In this document: in pieces, positions 19,704-30,580 of the stretch | Layout: each line of letters begins with the position of its first letter | Position numbering within the stretch: the stretch's first letter is position 1 | The notes under the pieces: model-generated | Database searches by the model: none | Seen by the model: only the letters and a program-made list of their open reading frames with translations | What the model was told of the DNA's origin: nothing | Source: a bacterium | GTDB taxonomy: Bacteria; RBG-13-61-14; DATKZS01 | Assembly (NCBI GenBank): GCA_963674965.2 | Contig: CAXXFL010000001.1 | Location: 992,001-1,056,000 of the forward strand | DNA length: 64,000 bases | Direction: 5' to 3' | Program-made: the position numbers and the translations under genes

Positions 19704-19837
19704 ATTTATCTTTCCAGCCCGAGCCGGAGGAGCTTTAGCCCGGCCCAGCGAAGATTCTATCTAAAACGCTCGCCTTAATAAAGTTTTGACGCTTTCCTTG
19801 TTGACTGTCTTCCAGGTTGGGGCATAAAATGCTCGGC

Positions 19838-20578
19838 ATGGAACCGGCGAGTCATAACCCCGAGGTCTCCGTCGTCGCTCCGGCCTATAACGAGGCGGAA
19901 AGCATCGCCGGCGTCGTGAGGGACTGGATTCAAGTCCTCGAGGGCGCGGGCGTTTCCTGGGAGATTGTCATATCCAACGACGGCAGCTCGGACAACACGG
20001 GAGAGGTACTCAAGGGCATGGGCGAGCCGAGGCTCAGGGTCCTCGAGTTCGAGAACAACGGCGGATACGGCCACGCCCTTTCCCAGGCCATGCGGGCCGC
20101 GAGGGGCGACTACGTGGTAACCATAGACTCGGACGGACAGTTCGATCTGGCCGACTTCCCGCCCCTTCTCGGTCAATTGAAAGAGGGCGGACTCGATCTG
20201 GTTACCGGGTACCGGCGCAAGAAAAAAGATTCCCTGATCAAGGTGGCGGCCGACAGGGTCTTGAACCTTATTGTAAGGATGACCTTCGGCCTGTCCCTGC
20301 GCGACACCAACTGCGCCCTTAAGGTGATGACCAAAAAAGCCGCCCACGAGATCGAGATCGAGGCTCGAGGCTTTCCCACTCCCACCGAGATAGTGGCCAA
20401 GGCCTCGATGTGCGGCATGAAACTGGGGGAGGGACCGGTCGAGCACCGGGAAAGGGCGGCGGGCCAAAGCAAGCTGAAAGCCTTTCAAAGCGCCCTGGAT
20501 TTCCTCCAGTTCCTTTTTTATCTTCGCCTTCAGTTCTTTCTGGCGAAAAGGGGCGTTCTTCAGCGGAGGCATAAATGA
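19838..20578 (+). CDS. GT2 glycosyltransferase (polyprenol-phosphate glycosyltransferase-like)
   Basis: VSVVAPAYNE, NDGSSDNT, NGGYG, IDSDGQ, DTNCALK. Start could also be 19829. Confidence 0.9.
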   Translation: MEPASHNPEVSVVAPAYNEAESIAGVVRDWIQVLEGAGVSWEIVISNDGSSDNTGEVLKGMGEPRLRVLEFENNGGYGHALSQAMRAARGDYVVTIDSDGQFDLADFPPLLGQLKEGGLDLVTGYRRKKKDSLIKVAADRVLNLIVRMTFGLSLRDTNCALKVMTKKAAHEIEIEARGFPTPTEIVAKASMCGMKLGEGPVEHRERAAGQSKLKAFQSALDFLQFLFYLRLQFFLAKRGVLQRRHK

Positions 20579-21531
20579 ATCCAGGCCATGATTTGATGGG
20601 CATTATTCTAGCCGCGGGCAAGGGCGCCCGGATGTACCCTTTCAGCGAGAGGATGCCCAAGTCCCTTCTTCCCATCCTCAACCGACCCCTTCTCGCTCAC
20701 CAACTCGACAGGATGTCCGAGTTGGGAATAAAAAAGGTCCTTATAGTAATCGGGCACTATGGTTTCGAGATCGTCTCTCGGATAGGGGACGGCTCTGATT
20801 GGGGCGTCGAGATCGAGTACATGGACCAGCAGGAAACCCTGGGCATAGCCCACGCCCTGGGCAAGCTAGAGCCTAGGGTGGACCGGCCCTTTTTGCTATT
20901 CCTGGGCGACATCTTTTTTCACTCGACCGACGGGCTCCAAAGCATGATAAGCCCGGTGCTGGAGGGCAAGGCCAACGGGGTCCTGGCGGCCAAGCGCGAG
21001 GAAGACGTGGAGGCGGTCAAGCGCAACTTCGCGATTATCGCGGACGATGACGGCCTTGTCTCGCGGGTGGTGGAAAAGCCGCGTCATTCGAAGACCAACC
21101 TCAAGGGCTGCGGCCTTTACGCCTTTGACCTCCACGTTTTCGACGCGGTAAGAAGGACCCCCCGCACGGCGGCGCGCGACGAGTACGAGATCACCGACTC
21201 GATCGACCTTTTCATCAAGGACGGCTACCGGGTCGAGGTCCGCGAGACCATCGAGTACGACGTGAACCTGACCTTCCCGGAGGACGTATTGAAGGTCAAC
21301 CAGCGCGAGCTTTCGAGGCTTGGAAAAAAGTCGATCGTGGGCCAGGGTTTTTCGGGCCCTCCACTCGAGTCTATCGAGAGGTCCGTTATCGGCTCCAACG
21401 TCAGCCTGCCGGAGACGATCAAGGTGAAAGACGCGGTTATTTTCGACAAGGTTAAGATCGGGGCCGGAAGAGATATATCTTCCATGATAGTGACGCCAGG
21501 CGGACGCGTGTCGCTTTCGGTTGACTCCTGA
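20575..21531 (+). CDS. Sugar-phosphate nucleotidyltransferase (RmlA-like)
   Basis: GIILAAGKGARMYP, PKSLLPI, LGIAHA, LGD, EKP, EYEITD. Confidence 0.9.
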   Translation: MNPGHDLMGIILAAGKGARMYPFSERMPKSLLPILNRPLLAHQLDRMSELGIKKVLIVIGHYGFEIVSRIGDGSDWGVEIEYMDQQETLGIAHALGKLEPRVDRPFLLFLGDIFFHSTDGLQSMISPVLEGKANGVLAAKREEDVEAVKRNFAIIADDDGLVSRVVEKPRHSKTNLKGCGLYAFDLHVFDAVRRTPRTAARDEYEITDSIDLFIKDGYRVEVRETIEYDVNLTFPEDVLKVNQRELSRLGKKSIVGQGFSGPPLESIERSVIGSNVSLPETIKVKDAVIFDKVKIGAGRDISSMIVTPGGRVSLSVDS

Positions 21532-21675
21532 GGGGGGGGGCGTAGGTCCACGCCGTGTCCCACCGACCGCGTCATTTTTCCCGGGCGCGGGTCAAACCGT
21601 GCTAACATAATAGACTGGTTCAAGTTTGTCTCGCGGCGGCCGGATACCCGTTCAGCGGCGAGTAAGGATTTTTCC

Positions 21676-24600
21676 ATGGCCAGTGGCCCACGCGAAAAGA
21701 ACGGTCCGGATAACCTCGAGGGACCGGGTAAATCGGCGGCCGATCTCGAAAGAGAAATCGAGAGGCTCGCGGCCGAGAACGAGCGTCTGCAAAATTCCCT
21801 GAATAAATACAAAAGGATTTTCGAGTCTTCTCCCGACGCCATAGCCCTGGTAGGGCTGGACGGGACCATAATCGAGTATAACTCGAGCGTTACCAAAGTG
21901 TCCGGGTTGCCAAAAGATGAAGTGATCGGAAAGAAGTTTCATGAACTGAGCTTCATGCGGGGAAGAGACCTTTCGGAATTCGCCGGTTTTTTCCAGACCC
22001 TGGCCGCGGGCGGCGAGTTGTCCCCAATGGTCCTGGAATTCGAGTCCTATGATGGCAGGACAAGATACCTCGATATTTACGCCTCGCTACTGAAAAGGGA
22101 CGGCGCGCCCGAGGCCATACTGGTATCGACAAGGGACGTTACCGAGCGCGTCGAGGCTGAAAACGCCCTTAAGGAAAGCGAGTCCAAATACCGGTTCCTG
22201 GCCGACAACGTGCTTGACGTTATCTGGACGGCGAACAATGACATGCGCTTCACCTACGTTAGTCCATCCTTCCAGCGCGTTCTCGGTTATTCCCCCCAGG
22301 AGGCCTTGGGAAAGCCGGTGATGGCTTTCTTCTCGCCCGAGTCCATGGAGCGCATGGCGGGTCAGTGCTCGAGGATGGGCGATTATTTAAAGGGCGAGGA
22401 CCCCGAGGCTCCCCGCTTCCACGTCCAGGAGGTCGAGCAGATAAGAAAGGACGGCGGCCAGGTCTGGACCGAGATTCATTGCCGTCTTCTCGACGGGGAG
22501 GACGGGCTCCCCCTTGGCGTGATAGGCGTAACTCGGGATTTGACGGATCGGAAAAGGACCCTCGAGGAAATACGGGAGCTCAACGAGCATTTTTCCAAGG
22601 CCTTCGAGGTCAACCCCGTTCCCATGATGCTGTGCACTCTGAGCGGAGGGCATCTCTTCGAGGTCAACACCTCCTTTCTTCAGACGCTCGAGCTTACCAG
22701 AGATGAGACCCTGGGCAGAACGGGACCGGAACTTGGACTTTTCTCTGGCGAACAATGGGATTGGTTCGTCTCTCTTATCAAGCGGGACCGACTGATTGAC
22801 AATCTGAGGATGAACCTTCGCTCCTCGCGGGGGCGTGAGATCGAGGGCCTTTGCACCGCGACCCTGGTCACCATCGGGGGACACGAGTGCGTCCTGGCCG
22901 CCTTCGTGAACATCACCGACCAGAAAAAAGCGGAAAAGGAACTAAGGGAAAACCAGATGAGGTCCGAGATGGCCCTCGAGGGCGCCGAACTTGGGGCCTG
23001 GGACTACGATATAGCGGCCGAGGAAATAATCTTGAACGAGCGCTTCGCCGCCAGTCTTGGTTATACGTCCTCGGAAATAGCCGGCCATCCCAGCAAGTGG
23101 GCGGCCCGCGTCTATCTGGACGACATTCCCGTTGTCGCCGAGGCGCTCAGGAAGCACATCGAGGGAGAGGCCCCCTTTTACGAGTCCGAGTTCAGGTTCC
23201 GGCTTCCAAGCGGCGAATATACGTGGCTGGCGAGCCGGGGAAAAATCTTCAAGCGCGACTCGATGGGAAGGCCGCTCAGACTGACGGGCACCCACCAGGA
23301 CGTCTCGAAAAGAAAAACCGCCGAGGAGGCCCTTTCCTGGGAGGCTTCCACCAACGCGGCGCTGGCCGAGCTGTCCGAGGCCCTCCTTTCCTCGGCCTCC
23401 ATCGAGGAGGTGTCTGAGCTGATTTTGGCCAAGGCGAAATCACTGACCAAAAGCGCCCTGGGTTTCGTGGGCTACGTTTCTCCCGCCACCGGATGGCTCG
23501 TTTGCCCCGCCATAGATATCAACGCCGGGCCCGAGGCCGCTCGGCGCGAGGGCGGCCTGATATTGAAAGACCGGAAGGGCCTGTGGGGCTGGGTATTGAG
23601 TAACCGCAAACCCATCCTTACCAACGACGCTCAAAGCGACCCCAGGGCCGCTGGCCTGCCGGCCGGACACGTTCCGGTCGAAAGGTTCCTTTCCGCGCCG
23701 GCGGTGATCGGCGGGGCTCTGGTGGGGCAGATAGCGCTGGGAAACTCCACGCGCGCCTATGCCGAGCGCGACCTCACTTTCGTGCAGCGGCTGGCCTCGA
23801 CTTACGCGCTGGCGGTACAGCGCATGAGAAGCGACCAGGCCCTTCGCGAGAGTGAGGGCAAACTGCGCCGCGCCCAGTCCGTGGCCAATATCGGGAACTG
23901 GGAACTCGATCTTCACACCCGCCAGATATGGGGGTCGGAGGAAGCCTTCAAGATTTACGGCTTTCCCCGTCTTTCTCCAAGCAGGTCCTACGTGGAGGTA
24001 ATGGACCGGATTGTTCCCGAGGACAGGGAAAGGGTCGAGCGGTCGCTGGCTGAGATAATCGCCAACGGTCAAATGAGGAGCGATACGTTCAAGATCGCGC
24101 GGGAAACCGACGGCGAGGAGAGGACGGTCAACTCCATCGGGGCCATGATACGGGACGAGCGCGGTGAGCCGATCAAAATAGCCGGCACCATTCAGGACAT
24201 CACCGAGCGGACCCGCCTCGAGGCCCAGCTCCGGCAGGCGCTGAAAATGGAGTCCATCGGCCAGCTCGCGGGCGGCGTGGCGCACGACTTCAACAACCTG
24301 CTCTCGCCCATCCTGGGCTTCGCCGAGATGGGCCTTATGCTGGCGGGAAAGAACAACCAGGTCTACGAGTATCTGACCCAGATAAGAGACGCGGCCGAGC
24401 GGGCGGCGGGTCTCACCCGGCAGCTTCTCGCTTTTTCCCGCAAGCAGGAGCTCGACTTCAAGGTGCTGGACCTTCGGCTGCTGGTCAGGGACATGGAAAA
24501 GATGCTCCGCCGCCTGATCGGTGAGGACATCGAGCTCGAGGTCAAGGTCGCCAAGGACCTCAGTCCGGTCAAGGCGGACCCGGTCCAGATAGACCAGATT

Positions 24601-25371
24601 CTTATCAACCTGGCCGCCAACGCCCGCGACTCGATCAAGAGCGTGGGCAAGCTGACCGTCGAGCTCGGCAATTATGAGGCGGGAGAATCGGGACCCTCCT
24701 CCGACCCCGACCTGCCGGCGGGGGACTTTATATTGTTGACGGTCAGCGACTCGGGCGCGGGGATGAGCGCCGATACCAAGGCCCGCATCTTCGATCCATT
24801 TTTCACCACCAAGGAGGACGGCAAAGGCACGGGCCTGGGGTTGGCCACCGTCTATGGCATAGTCAAGCAGCACGGCGGCGCCATATCCGTGGATAGCGAG
24901 CCGGGAAGAGGCGCGACCTTCAAAATTTTTCTTCCCGCGGCTTCTCCCGAGCGGCCCGAGTCAGGCAAGGGCCGCGTCGCCTTCTTCGAGATGGCGGCGG
25001 GCGCCGCGGTCCTGATCGCGGAGGACGACCATATGGTAAGGCACATGGTGTCGGACGTTCTCGGGCTTCACGGGTTCAACGTCCTGGTCTCGGACGACGT
25101 GGACCACGCCATCAGGCTGGCCCGGGAATGGAAAGGCGAAATCGACCTTCTAATAACCGACGTGATCATGCCCAAGATGAACGGAAAGGAACTGTGCGAG
25201 CGAGTGATGAAGCTCCGGCCCGGGATCAAGACCCTTTACATGTCCGGATACACCGACGACATTATCGAGCAGCAGGGCGTAATAAGGAGCGGCCATTTCT
25301 TCCTGCAAAAGCCCTTCACCGTTACCGACCTCCTGGACAAGGTCAAGTCCGTTCTCGACTCCGATAAATAA
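21676..25371 (+). CDS. Hybrid sensor histidine kinase (multiple PAS, GAF, HisKA/HATPase, receiver)
   Basis: [12 protein letters not shown]-box, [25 protein letters not shown]; receiver LLITDVIMP...YMSGY...LQKPF. Confidence 0.95.
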   Translation: MASGPREKNGPDNLEGPGKSAADLEREIERLAAENERLQNSLNKYKRIFESSPDAIALVGLDGTIIEYNSSVTKVSGLPKDEVIGKKFHELSFMRGRDLSEFAGFFQTLAAGGELSPMVLEFESYDGRTRYLDIYASLLKRDGAPEAILVSTRDVTERVEAENALKESESKYRFLADNVLDVIWTANNDMRFTYVSPSFQRVLGYSPQEALGKPVMAFFSPESMERMAGQCSRMGDYLKGEDPEAPRFHVQEVEQIRKDGGQVWTEIHCRLLDGEDGLPLGVIGVTRDLTDRKRTLEEIRELNEHFSKAFEVNPVPMMLCTLSGGHLFEVNTSFLQTLELTRDETLGRTGPELGLFSGEQWDWFVSLIKRDRLIDNLRMNLRSSRGREIEGLCTATLVTIGGHECVLAAFVNITDQKKAEKELRENQMRSEMALEGAELGAWDYDIAAEEIILNERFAASLGYTSSEIAGHPSKWAARVYLDDIPVVAEALRKHIEGEAPFYESEFRFRLPSGEYTWLASRGKIFKRDSMGRPLRLTGTHQDVSKRKTAEEALSWEASTNAALAELSEALLSSASIEEVSELILAKAKSLTKSALGFVGYVSPATGWLVCPAIDINAGPEAARREGGLILKDRKGLWGWVLSNRKPILTNDAQSDPRAAGLPAGHVPVERFLSAPAVIGGALVGQIALGNSTRAYAERDLTFVQRLASTYALAVQRMRSDQALRESEGKLRRAQSVANIGNWELDLHTRQIWGSEEAFKIYGFPRLSPSRSYVEVMDRIVPEDRERVERSLAEIIANGQMRSDTFKIARETDGEERTVNSIGAMIRDERGEPIKIAGTIQDITERTRLEAQLRQALKMESIGQLAGGVAHDFNNLLSPILGFAEMGLMLAGKNNQVYEYLTQIRDAAERAAGLTRQLLAFSRKQELDFKVLDLRLLVRDMEKMLRRLIGEDIELEVKVAKDLSPVKADPVQIDQILINLAANARDSIKSVGKLTVELGNYEAGESGPSSDPDLPAGDFILLTVSDSGAGMSADTKARIFDPFFTTKEDGKGTGLGLATVYGIVKQHGGAISVDSEPGRGATFKIFLPAASPERPESGKGRVAFFEMAAGAAVLIAEDDHMVRHMVSDVLGLHGFNVLVSDDVDHAIRLAREWKGEIDLLITDVIMPKMNGKELCERVMKLRPGIKTLYMSGYTDDIIEQQGVIRSGHFFLQKPFTVTDLLDKVKSVLDSDK

Positions 25372-25376
25372 TCGGC

Positions 25377-26333
25377 TTATTTTTCCCGGTCCCAGACCCT
25401 GCCCGCGGCCAGAAACAAGACCCCGAAAATCCATCTCAGCGCGGTCGAGGCGGCGGCCCATAATAAGGAATAAGCCAACAGGTTGGCGTCCGCGGCGCGT
25501 CCGTGAAAAAGCACCAGATAGGCGCCCTGGGCGGGTCCAATCCTTCCCGGCGTGGGAACGGCCGTCACCAGGCCCACGATGGGACCGAGCAAGGCCAGCT
25601 CCGACGCCTTGATATGAACGTCGGCCGAGGCCATGGCCAGTCCGGCGAAAAAAAGCCAAAGCACGATCTGTAATATTCGAAGACCCACGAAAAGAGCGTA
25701 ATCCGCCGGGCGGGCGCGGTCGAAGGCGACGTAGATTCCTCCCTTCAGCTTTTTGCGCAAGGAAAAATTCCAATCGGGAATCCAGAAAATAAGGGCCAGG
25801 GCAATAATCGGCCACGAGGCGATGATCCAGGTCACCGCTATTCTCCATTCAGGGCCCGCCACCAGCTCGGGGGTTACCAGTTCCTCGCGGAAAAACAAAA
25901 GAGCGATGGTGGGGAATACCAAGAGGGAGCATAGAGTACAGAACATCAGGAAAAGGATCGAGCCGCTTATTTCGATCAGGGGTTTGCCAAGGCGGCGGGA
26001 GGCCAGGTAAGCCATTCCGCCCTGCCCGTATAAAAAGCCCAGGGCCAAAAGAAGATATGACTCGCCCCTGGCCATTATTACCTGGCGGGCGTCGGCGGGA
26101 CCGTTGAACCTTTTGAATAAAGCGTGGTGCGTAAAAGAATCGAGGGCAAAGGTGCATAGGAGAAAGCCCAGGGCGGCTGACGCGAACCCGAGGGGCTCGA
26201 CCATCTTCACGGCCCGGATCACCTCCGGGAGAGGAACGCGGAGGAAAATCCATCCAAGCGAAAAGATCGCCAAGGCCCACATCGCGGCCCTGACGATCCT
26301 GTTTTTCTTTTTTTCCCCGGCCGGCTCGGTCAT
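25377..26333 (-). CDS. Lysylphosphatidylglycerol-synthase TM domain / flippase-like membrane protein
   Basis: About 8 TM helices with VPTPGRIGPAQGAY, resembling the PxxPGGxG motif of this family. Confidence 0.6.
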   Translation of the reverse strand: MTEPAGEKKKNRIVRAAMWALAIFSLGWIFLRVPLPEVIRAVKMVEPLGFASAALGFLLCTFALDSFTHHALFKRFNGPADARQVIMARGESYLLLALGFLYGQGGMAYLASRRLGKPLIEISGSILFLMFCTLCSLLVFPTIALLFFREELVTPELVAGPEWRIAVTWIIASWPIIALALIFWIPDWNFSLRKKLKGGIYVAFDRARPADYALFVGLRILQIVLWLFFAGLAMASADVHIKASELALLGPIVGLVTAVPTPGRIGPAQGAYLVLFHGRAADANLLAYSLLWAAASTALRWIFGVLFLAAGRVWDREK

Positions 26334-26358
26334 ATATATTCCTGAAAGGAGCGCGGCC

Positions 26359-28035
26359 CTAGGCAGGGTTCGAGAACCACTCGGGGACCGCGTCCTGCAC
26401 CGCCAGCACGATGTCCATGTCGTGCTCGCCCATGGCGCCGCGCGCGATAAGCGACTCGACCGTCTTCATCAGCACCACCATCTTGGCCTCCGTGTGAATG
26501 ATGGCCGGATAATACTCGTTGACGAAAAACTGCTTGAGCCGGAACCGGCCGCGCTCGTCCTGGGCCATTTCCTTTATCTTGGCTTCGGTTTCCTTTTTGG
26601 AGAGGCCCTGGAGGTCTCTCTTGGGGGAGGCCATGCGGGAGGAAACGTCGCCTACTCCTTTTTTGCATTTAAAGGTCAATTGCCAGTGCTCGGTGACGCC
26701 CAGAGAATTTATGGCCAGGGTATTGGTGGTGATAATACCCTTCTCTCGGTCGACCTTGACCCCCTCGAGCTGCGGCAGGTAGACGTTGTCGGAGATGGCC
26801 GAGAAAGCGCTCAACCCCCCGGCAAATGGACGCTCGAGAATGTCCTCGATGGTGAAGAAGGGCTTCTGCTCGAAACGGGCGTCCTGGATGAGCATGAGCT
26901 CGTCCTCCGTGTAATGGAAGCGCTCGGCCCAAAGCTCCTCCGCGCTGAGGTCCTTGCGCGTAAGAGAGCTCTGGCTCGTCAGCATGCCCAGGGCCTTGCC
27001 GCCGCGCCAAACCAGGGGCAACACGCCGATGGCCCACTCGGCGGACCCGCCTATCTCGCCGATGAGACTGTTCAAGGGACGGCCGTCGGGGAACTTGAGC
27101 CCCTCCACGCCGAGAAGGAGGGAGGGAAAGAGGTCCCCGTCCTTGTCGTAAGGAGTGGCCACTCCCATCTCGTTGAGCTGGGCCATGGGAGGCTCGTGAC
27201 GCTTTCTGTCAATGAAGAAGGCCGTCAATTCCTTGAAGTCCTTCATACCGTAGGCCCCGGCGATGATCTCGACTTCCTCTTTAAGGTCGGTGGCGCGGGG
27301 GTTGAAGTCGGGAAAGGGGGCCCCCGCCATCCAGCGCTCGACGTAAATGTCCGGCAAGTGGCGCTTGACGCCCGACTCGGTCACGAACAGGGTAGTAAGA
27401 GAGCTGTGCAGCCCTTTAACCGACTTGGTCGTGCCCTCGACCACGTCCGAGCCCATGCTGAGCATGTTGATCTCCTTGCTCAGGCCGCGGCCGTAGGTGC
27501 GGCAATGCTCCTCTTTGCCGTACAGCGCGCCCACCGGGATGGTGGGATTGCCGCCGGGCTCGACGCCGGGCTTGACCCTCACCCCCTCCGTGATGGCGCT
27601 CTCGATGATGACCTCCTCCCCCACGTCGAAGGTCTCGGTCGATATCTGAAGGACCTCGGCCATCACCTGGGCCGATATGCGGTCGTTCATGCGCTTTAGA
27701 GAGTTGATCTTCTCCTTGGTCTGGAGTTCCTCCGGCACCTTGTTAAGAGAGCCGAAGCCGTGAAGCACCACGGCGGCCGCGGGCAGGGCCGCCGCCAGAA
27801 TAACCGACTGGCGGAGCTGCTTGCTCCTGAAGGCCCCAAGGTTGGATTTGCCGTTTACCCGATCGTCGATGATGAAGACCGTCCCGGACTCCAGCTCGAG
27901 ACCGTAAAATTCCATGACCTCCTTATGACGCAGATTGAAAGTGGAAACCTTGCCCTTCCCCATTACCACCGGGTCGTGACGACCCGAGTAAGAGGGCCGC
28001 TGGTCGGCAACGTTGTACCTGAGTGGACTGCTCAT
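26359..28035 (-). CDS. glpX: Extended class II fructose-1,6-bisphosphatase (GlpX-like)
   Basis: DVVEGTT, PDIYVER, DRKRH, DGDL and IGGSAE match GlpX motifs DPLEGT, PDMYM, DRPRH, DGDV and IGGAPE in order. Confidence 0.75.
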   Translation of the reverse strand: MSSPLRYNVADQRPSYSGRHDPVVMGKGKVSTFNLRHKEVMEFYGLELESGTVFIIDDRVNGKSNLGAFRSKQLRQSVILAAALPAAAVVLHGFGSLNKVPEELQTKEKINSLKRMNDRISAQVMAEVLQISTETFDVGEEVIIESAITEGVRVKPGVEPGGNPTIPVGALYGKEEHCRTYGRGLSKEINMLSMGSDVVEGTTKSVKGLHSSLTTLFVTESGVKRHLPDIYVERWMAGAPFPDFNPRATDLKEEVEIIAGAYGMKDFKELTAFFIDRKRHEPPMAQLNEMGVATPYDKDGDLFPSLLLGVEGLKFPDGRPLNSLIGEIGGSAEWAIGVLPLVWRGGKALGMLTSQSSLTRKDLSAEELWAERFHYTEDELMLIQDARFEQKPFFTIEDILERPFAGGLSAFSAISDNVYLPQLEGVKVDREKGIITTNTLAINSLGVTEHWQLTFKCKKGVGDVSSRMASPKRDLQGLSKKETEAKIKEMAQDERGRFRLKQFFVNEYYPAIIHTEAKMVVLMKTVESLIARGAMGEHDMDIVLAVQDAVPEWFSNPA

Positions 28036-28135
28036 CTTAACTCCTCCCCTATGAGTTTTTTGACCGATACTACTCCACGGTAAACATCATATCCTAACGG
28101 AGGCTTCCCGCAAACATTAAACAAAGGCCCGTCCT

Positions 28136-30424
28136 TCATCTCGGAAGCTCACGGAGCGACCGGGTGATGAAATCGTCGAGCACGTTTCTCGACCCCGACC
28201 GGATTCCGATAAGGGAATAGGTAATGTCCGCCCGCTCGTCGGCCACCAGCCAGGGAATGACCCGGGCCCGGGTCTGAAGCTCGATGATCTCCGTCCTTTT
28301 AGCGGCGCTGACCTCGGGAAGCGGGTTTTCAAGGACCTCGAGGCATAAAAGTCCCGCGCGACCGTAATAGGAAAGCTTTTGAGAGGCCGGTCTCAGTTCA
28401 TCGACCAGCCGCGGGTCGTCCACCTTGGACTCCAGTTCCTCGGGGTTTTTCGCGTAAAGATCGAGCAGGACCGCCAGTTTTTTCCTGGCCTCCTTGCCGT
28501 TCCCCCGGCGGCGTTCCTCCCAGTACGCCTGGACGGCCTGGTACACGGGAGTCTGCTCGACGCTCAGGGACTCGATGGCCGGATGGGAAATAAGACAATC
28601 CGAGATGGCCTTGAGAGGCGCGTAGCCGGTCTCTCCACCTAAAATTTTAAGCCCCTCCTCATAGGACGCCCACGGGTCGTAGGAAGCCGAGGTCATATAC
28701 TCTCCGGCCGTGTAAAGCGAGATTTTACTGGCGTTGGGAAGATACATGGGATTTAGAAAGATTCCCGAGACGTCCTTTTCCAGGTCCTCGGACCCGCCCA
28801 AATAGGGCCCGGTGAAAATATTGAAGCGAAGAACGCCGTCGTTCGCCGGGTAATTGTCCCAGATCATTATTTGCCGCCCCAGGGTCTCTTTAAGGTCACG
28901 AATCGCTTCCCTGTCGGCCTTGCTCGAGAACACCTCGCCCGGACCGGTCCACATGACCGTAACCTCGGGATGGACCGACTTGATGGCCTCGAGGTAGGCC
29001 GCCCTGGAGGAGTCCCTGGTGAGGAACATGCTGAATGAGCGAGAAAAAACCGTGGGAACGAAAATAAACCTTACCTTTTCCTCCTTGATCGAGAACCAGC
29101 GCAAAACGTCGTTGACAAGGCGGGCCTGCCCCTCAGCCAGGTTTTGAATGCCGGTCCCGGCCGCGGGAACGTCGTCGAACAAAAGAGCGAAGTTCCTTAC
29201 GCCCACGCCGTAGAGAGTATCGAGCTTTTGCTCGACGGCCGCGGCCTCGGCCGGGTCGCGGGGGTTCAGGTCAATGCCCGGCGACAGGCCGTAGATAAAG
29301 GTTATTTGGCGGGCCTTGCAGGCGTTCAATAGTTCCTTGAAGTTTTCAAGTTCCTTTTCCGGGTAGGGCCTTCTCCACCATTGGCGGAGGTAAGGGTCCA
29401 TTTTCGGGGCGTAAAGATAACGGTTGAAGCCCGCGTCCTCCATAAAGGAGATCATCCTCAGCCTCTCCTGATGAGGCCAGGGATCGTTATAGAACCCCTC
29501 GATTACTCCCCTTGCCTCGAAGCGGGCCTCGGCCTCGCCGGGAAGCGTGCTCGTCATGGCCGGGACCGGCTCCGACCGAGCCCCACCAAAGCTCTCGGCC
29601 ACCAGGAGGTAATGATATTCCTGGCCGGGCTCGAGGCCCCGGTCCAAGATGGAAAAGCGGTCTACCTCCGCCACCAGAAACTCGGGAGATATCCTGGGAG
29701 GCCCTCCCTCGTTTCGGTATAATAGGTACAGGTAAGGGGCTTCCCCTTCAGGGGCGGACCATTTCAGGGATATGGCCCCATCGCCGGCCGGAGCGGCCTC
29801 GAGGCCCTCCGGCGCCGCGGGAGCCTCTGACCCGGAATCGCCCAGGACCGCCAGGTCCACGATGGAAATGGAGGCGGGCTTATCGAGGGCGGCCTCGACG
29901 CGGATGGAGTTGACGGCCAAGGGCGGGTTGAAATCGATAGTCTCGGGTTTGCCCGTGACCGCGTCCGATGAATGCAGGGGTCTCCAGTAGTCTCCGTCGC
30001 AGGTGACCATGATTTTATAGGAGGATGGAAAGTCCTTGCCCCAGTCGATTTCCATGCCCGAGAGGTTTATCCTTTCCCTCATCCGGTTTCCGAGCTCGAG
30101 CCTGATCCAGTGCAGGTCCGATTCCTCGGAAGCCCAAAAGGTCAGCGGGCTTCCATCGATGGCGTAACGCTCATCCATTCTAGGCCGGGTTTGGGGTATG
30201 GTCTGGAAGACTCCTTCCGTGATGGAGGATCCCCTTGCCATTTCGTTCATCCTGGCCAGACGCCTGCTGGAGGCGAGGACCCTGGCCCATCGGGCCCTGT
30301 TCGGACTTTTCGCCGAGGAGTCCCCGGGGCTTTCATTCTGGCCGTGGGCCGTTGAAAAACAAATGATGGCCAAGGCCGCCGTAGCCGCGGCGGCTTTCAA
30401 TGAGCTTAAAGCTTTTTTATTCAT
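28136..30424 (-). CDS. Secreted GH84 beta-N-acetylglucosaminidase with F5/8 (CBM32-like) and FN3 domains
   Basis: RGVIEGFYNDPW, YLYAPKMDPY, catalytic LLFDD, WTG, IWDNYPAND; signal peptide. Confidence 0.9.
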   Translation of the reverse strand: MNKKALSSLKAAAATAALAIICFSTAHGQNESPGDSSAKSPNRARWARVLASSRRLARMNEMARGSSITEGVFQTIPQTRPRMDERYAIDGSPLTFWASEESDLHWIRLELGNRMRERINLSGMEIDWGKDFPSSYKIMVTCDGDYWRPLHSSDAVTGKPETIDFNPPLAVNSIRVEAALDKPASISIVDLAVLGDSGSEAPAAPEGLEAAPAGDGAISLKWSAPEGEAPYLYLLYRNEGGPPRISPEFLVAEVDRFSILDRGLEPGQEYHYLLVAESFGGARSEPVPAMTSTLPGEAEARFEARGVIEGFYNDPWPHQERLRMISFMEDAGFNRYLYAPKMDPYLRQWWRRPYPEKELENFKELLNACKARQITFIYGLSPGIDLNPRDPAEAAAVEQKLDTLYGVGVRNFALLFDDVPAAGTGIQNLAEGQARLVNDVLRWFSIKEEKVRFIFVPTVFSRSFSMFLTRDSSRAAYLEAIKSVHPEVTVMWTGPGEVFSSKADREAIRDLKETLGRQIMIWDNYPANDGVLRFNIFTGPYLGGSEDLEKDVSGIFLNPMYLPNASKISLYTAGEYMTSASYDPWASYEEGLKILGGETGYAPLKAISDCLISHPAIESLSVEQTPVYQAVQAYWEERRRGNGKEARKKLAVLLDLYAKNPEELESKVDDPRLVDELRPASQKLSYYGRAGLLCLEVLENPLPEVSAAKRTEIIELQTRARVIPWLVADERADITYSLIGIRSGSRNVLDDFITRSLRELPR

Positions 30425-30517
30425 TCTTTTCCAGATCCTTTTCTCGCTCGCCGCAAACGATCTTGTTGCTTGCGTGCCCCATTGGTCATGATAAAAAAAC
30501 TGGCCGCCGTCGTCAAC

Positions 30518-30577
30518 GGCGGGTTAACGTGGGGCGGGTTAACGTGGGGCGGGTTAACGTGGGGCGGGTTAACGTGG
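30518..30577. repeat. Perfect tandem repeat, 4 x 15 bp GGCGGGTTAACGTGG
   Basis: Read directly: units start at 30518, 30533, 30548 and 30563. Confidence 0.97.
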
Positions 30578-30580
30578 AGA

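Noticed and set aside
30518-30577. Tandem repeat as a CRISPR array
   Set aside because: 15-bp units abut with no spacers, and there are no cas genes.
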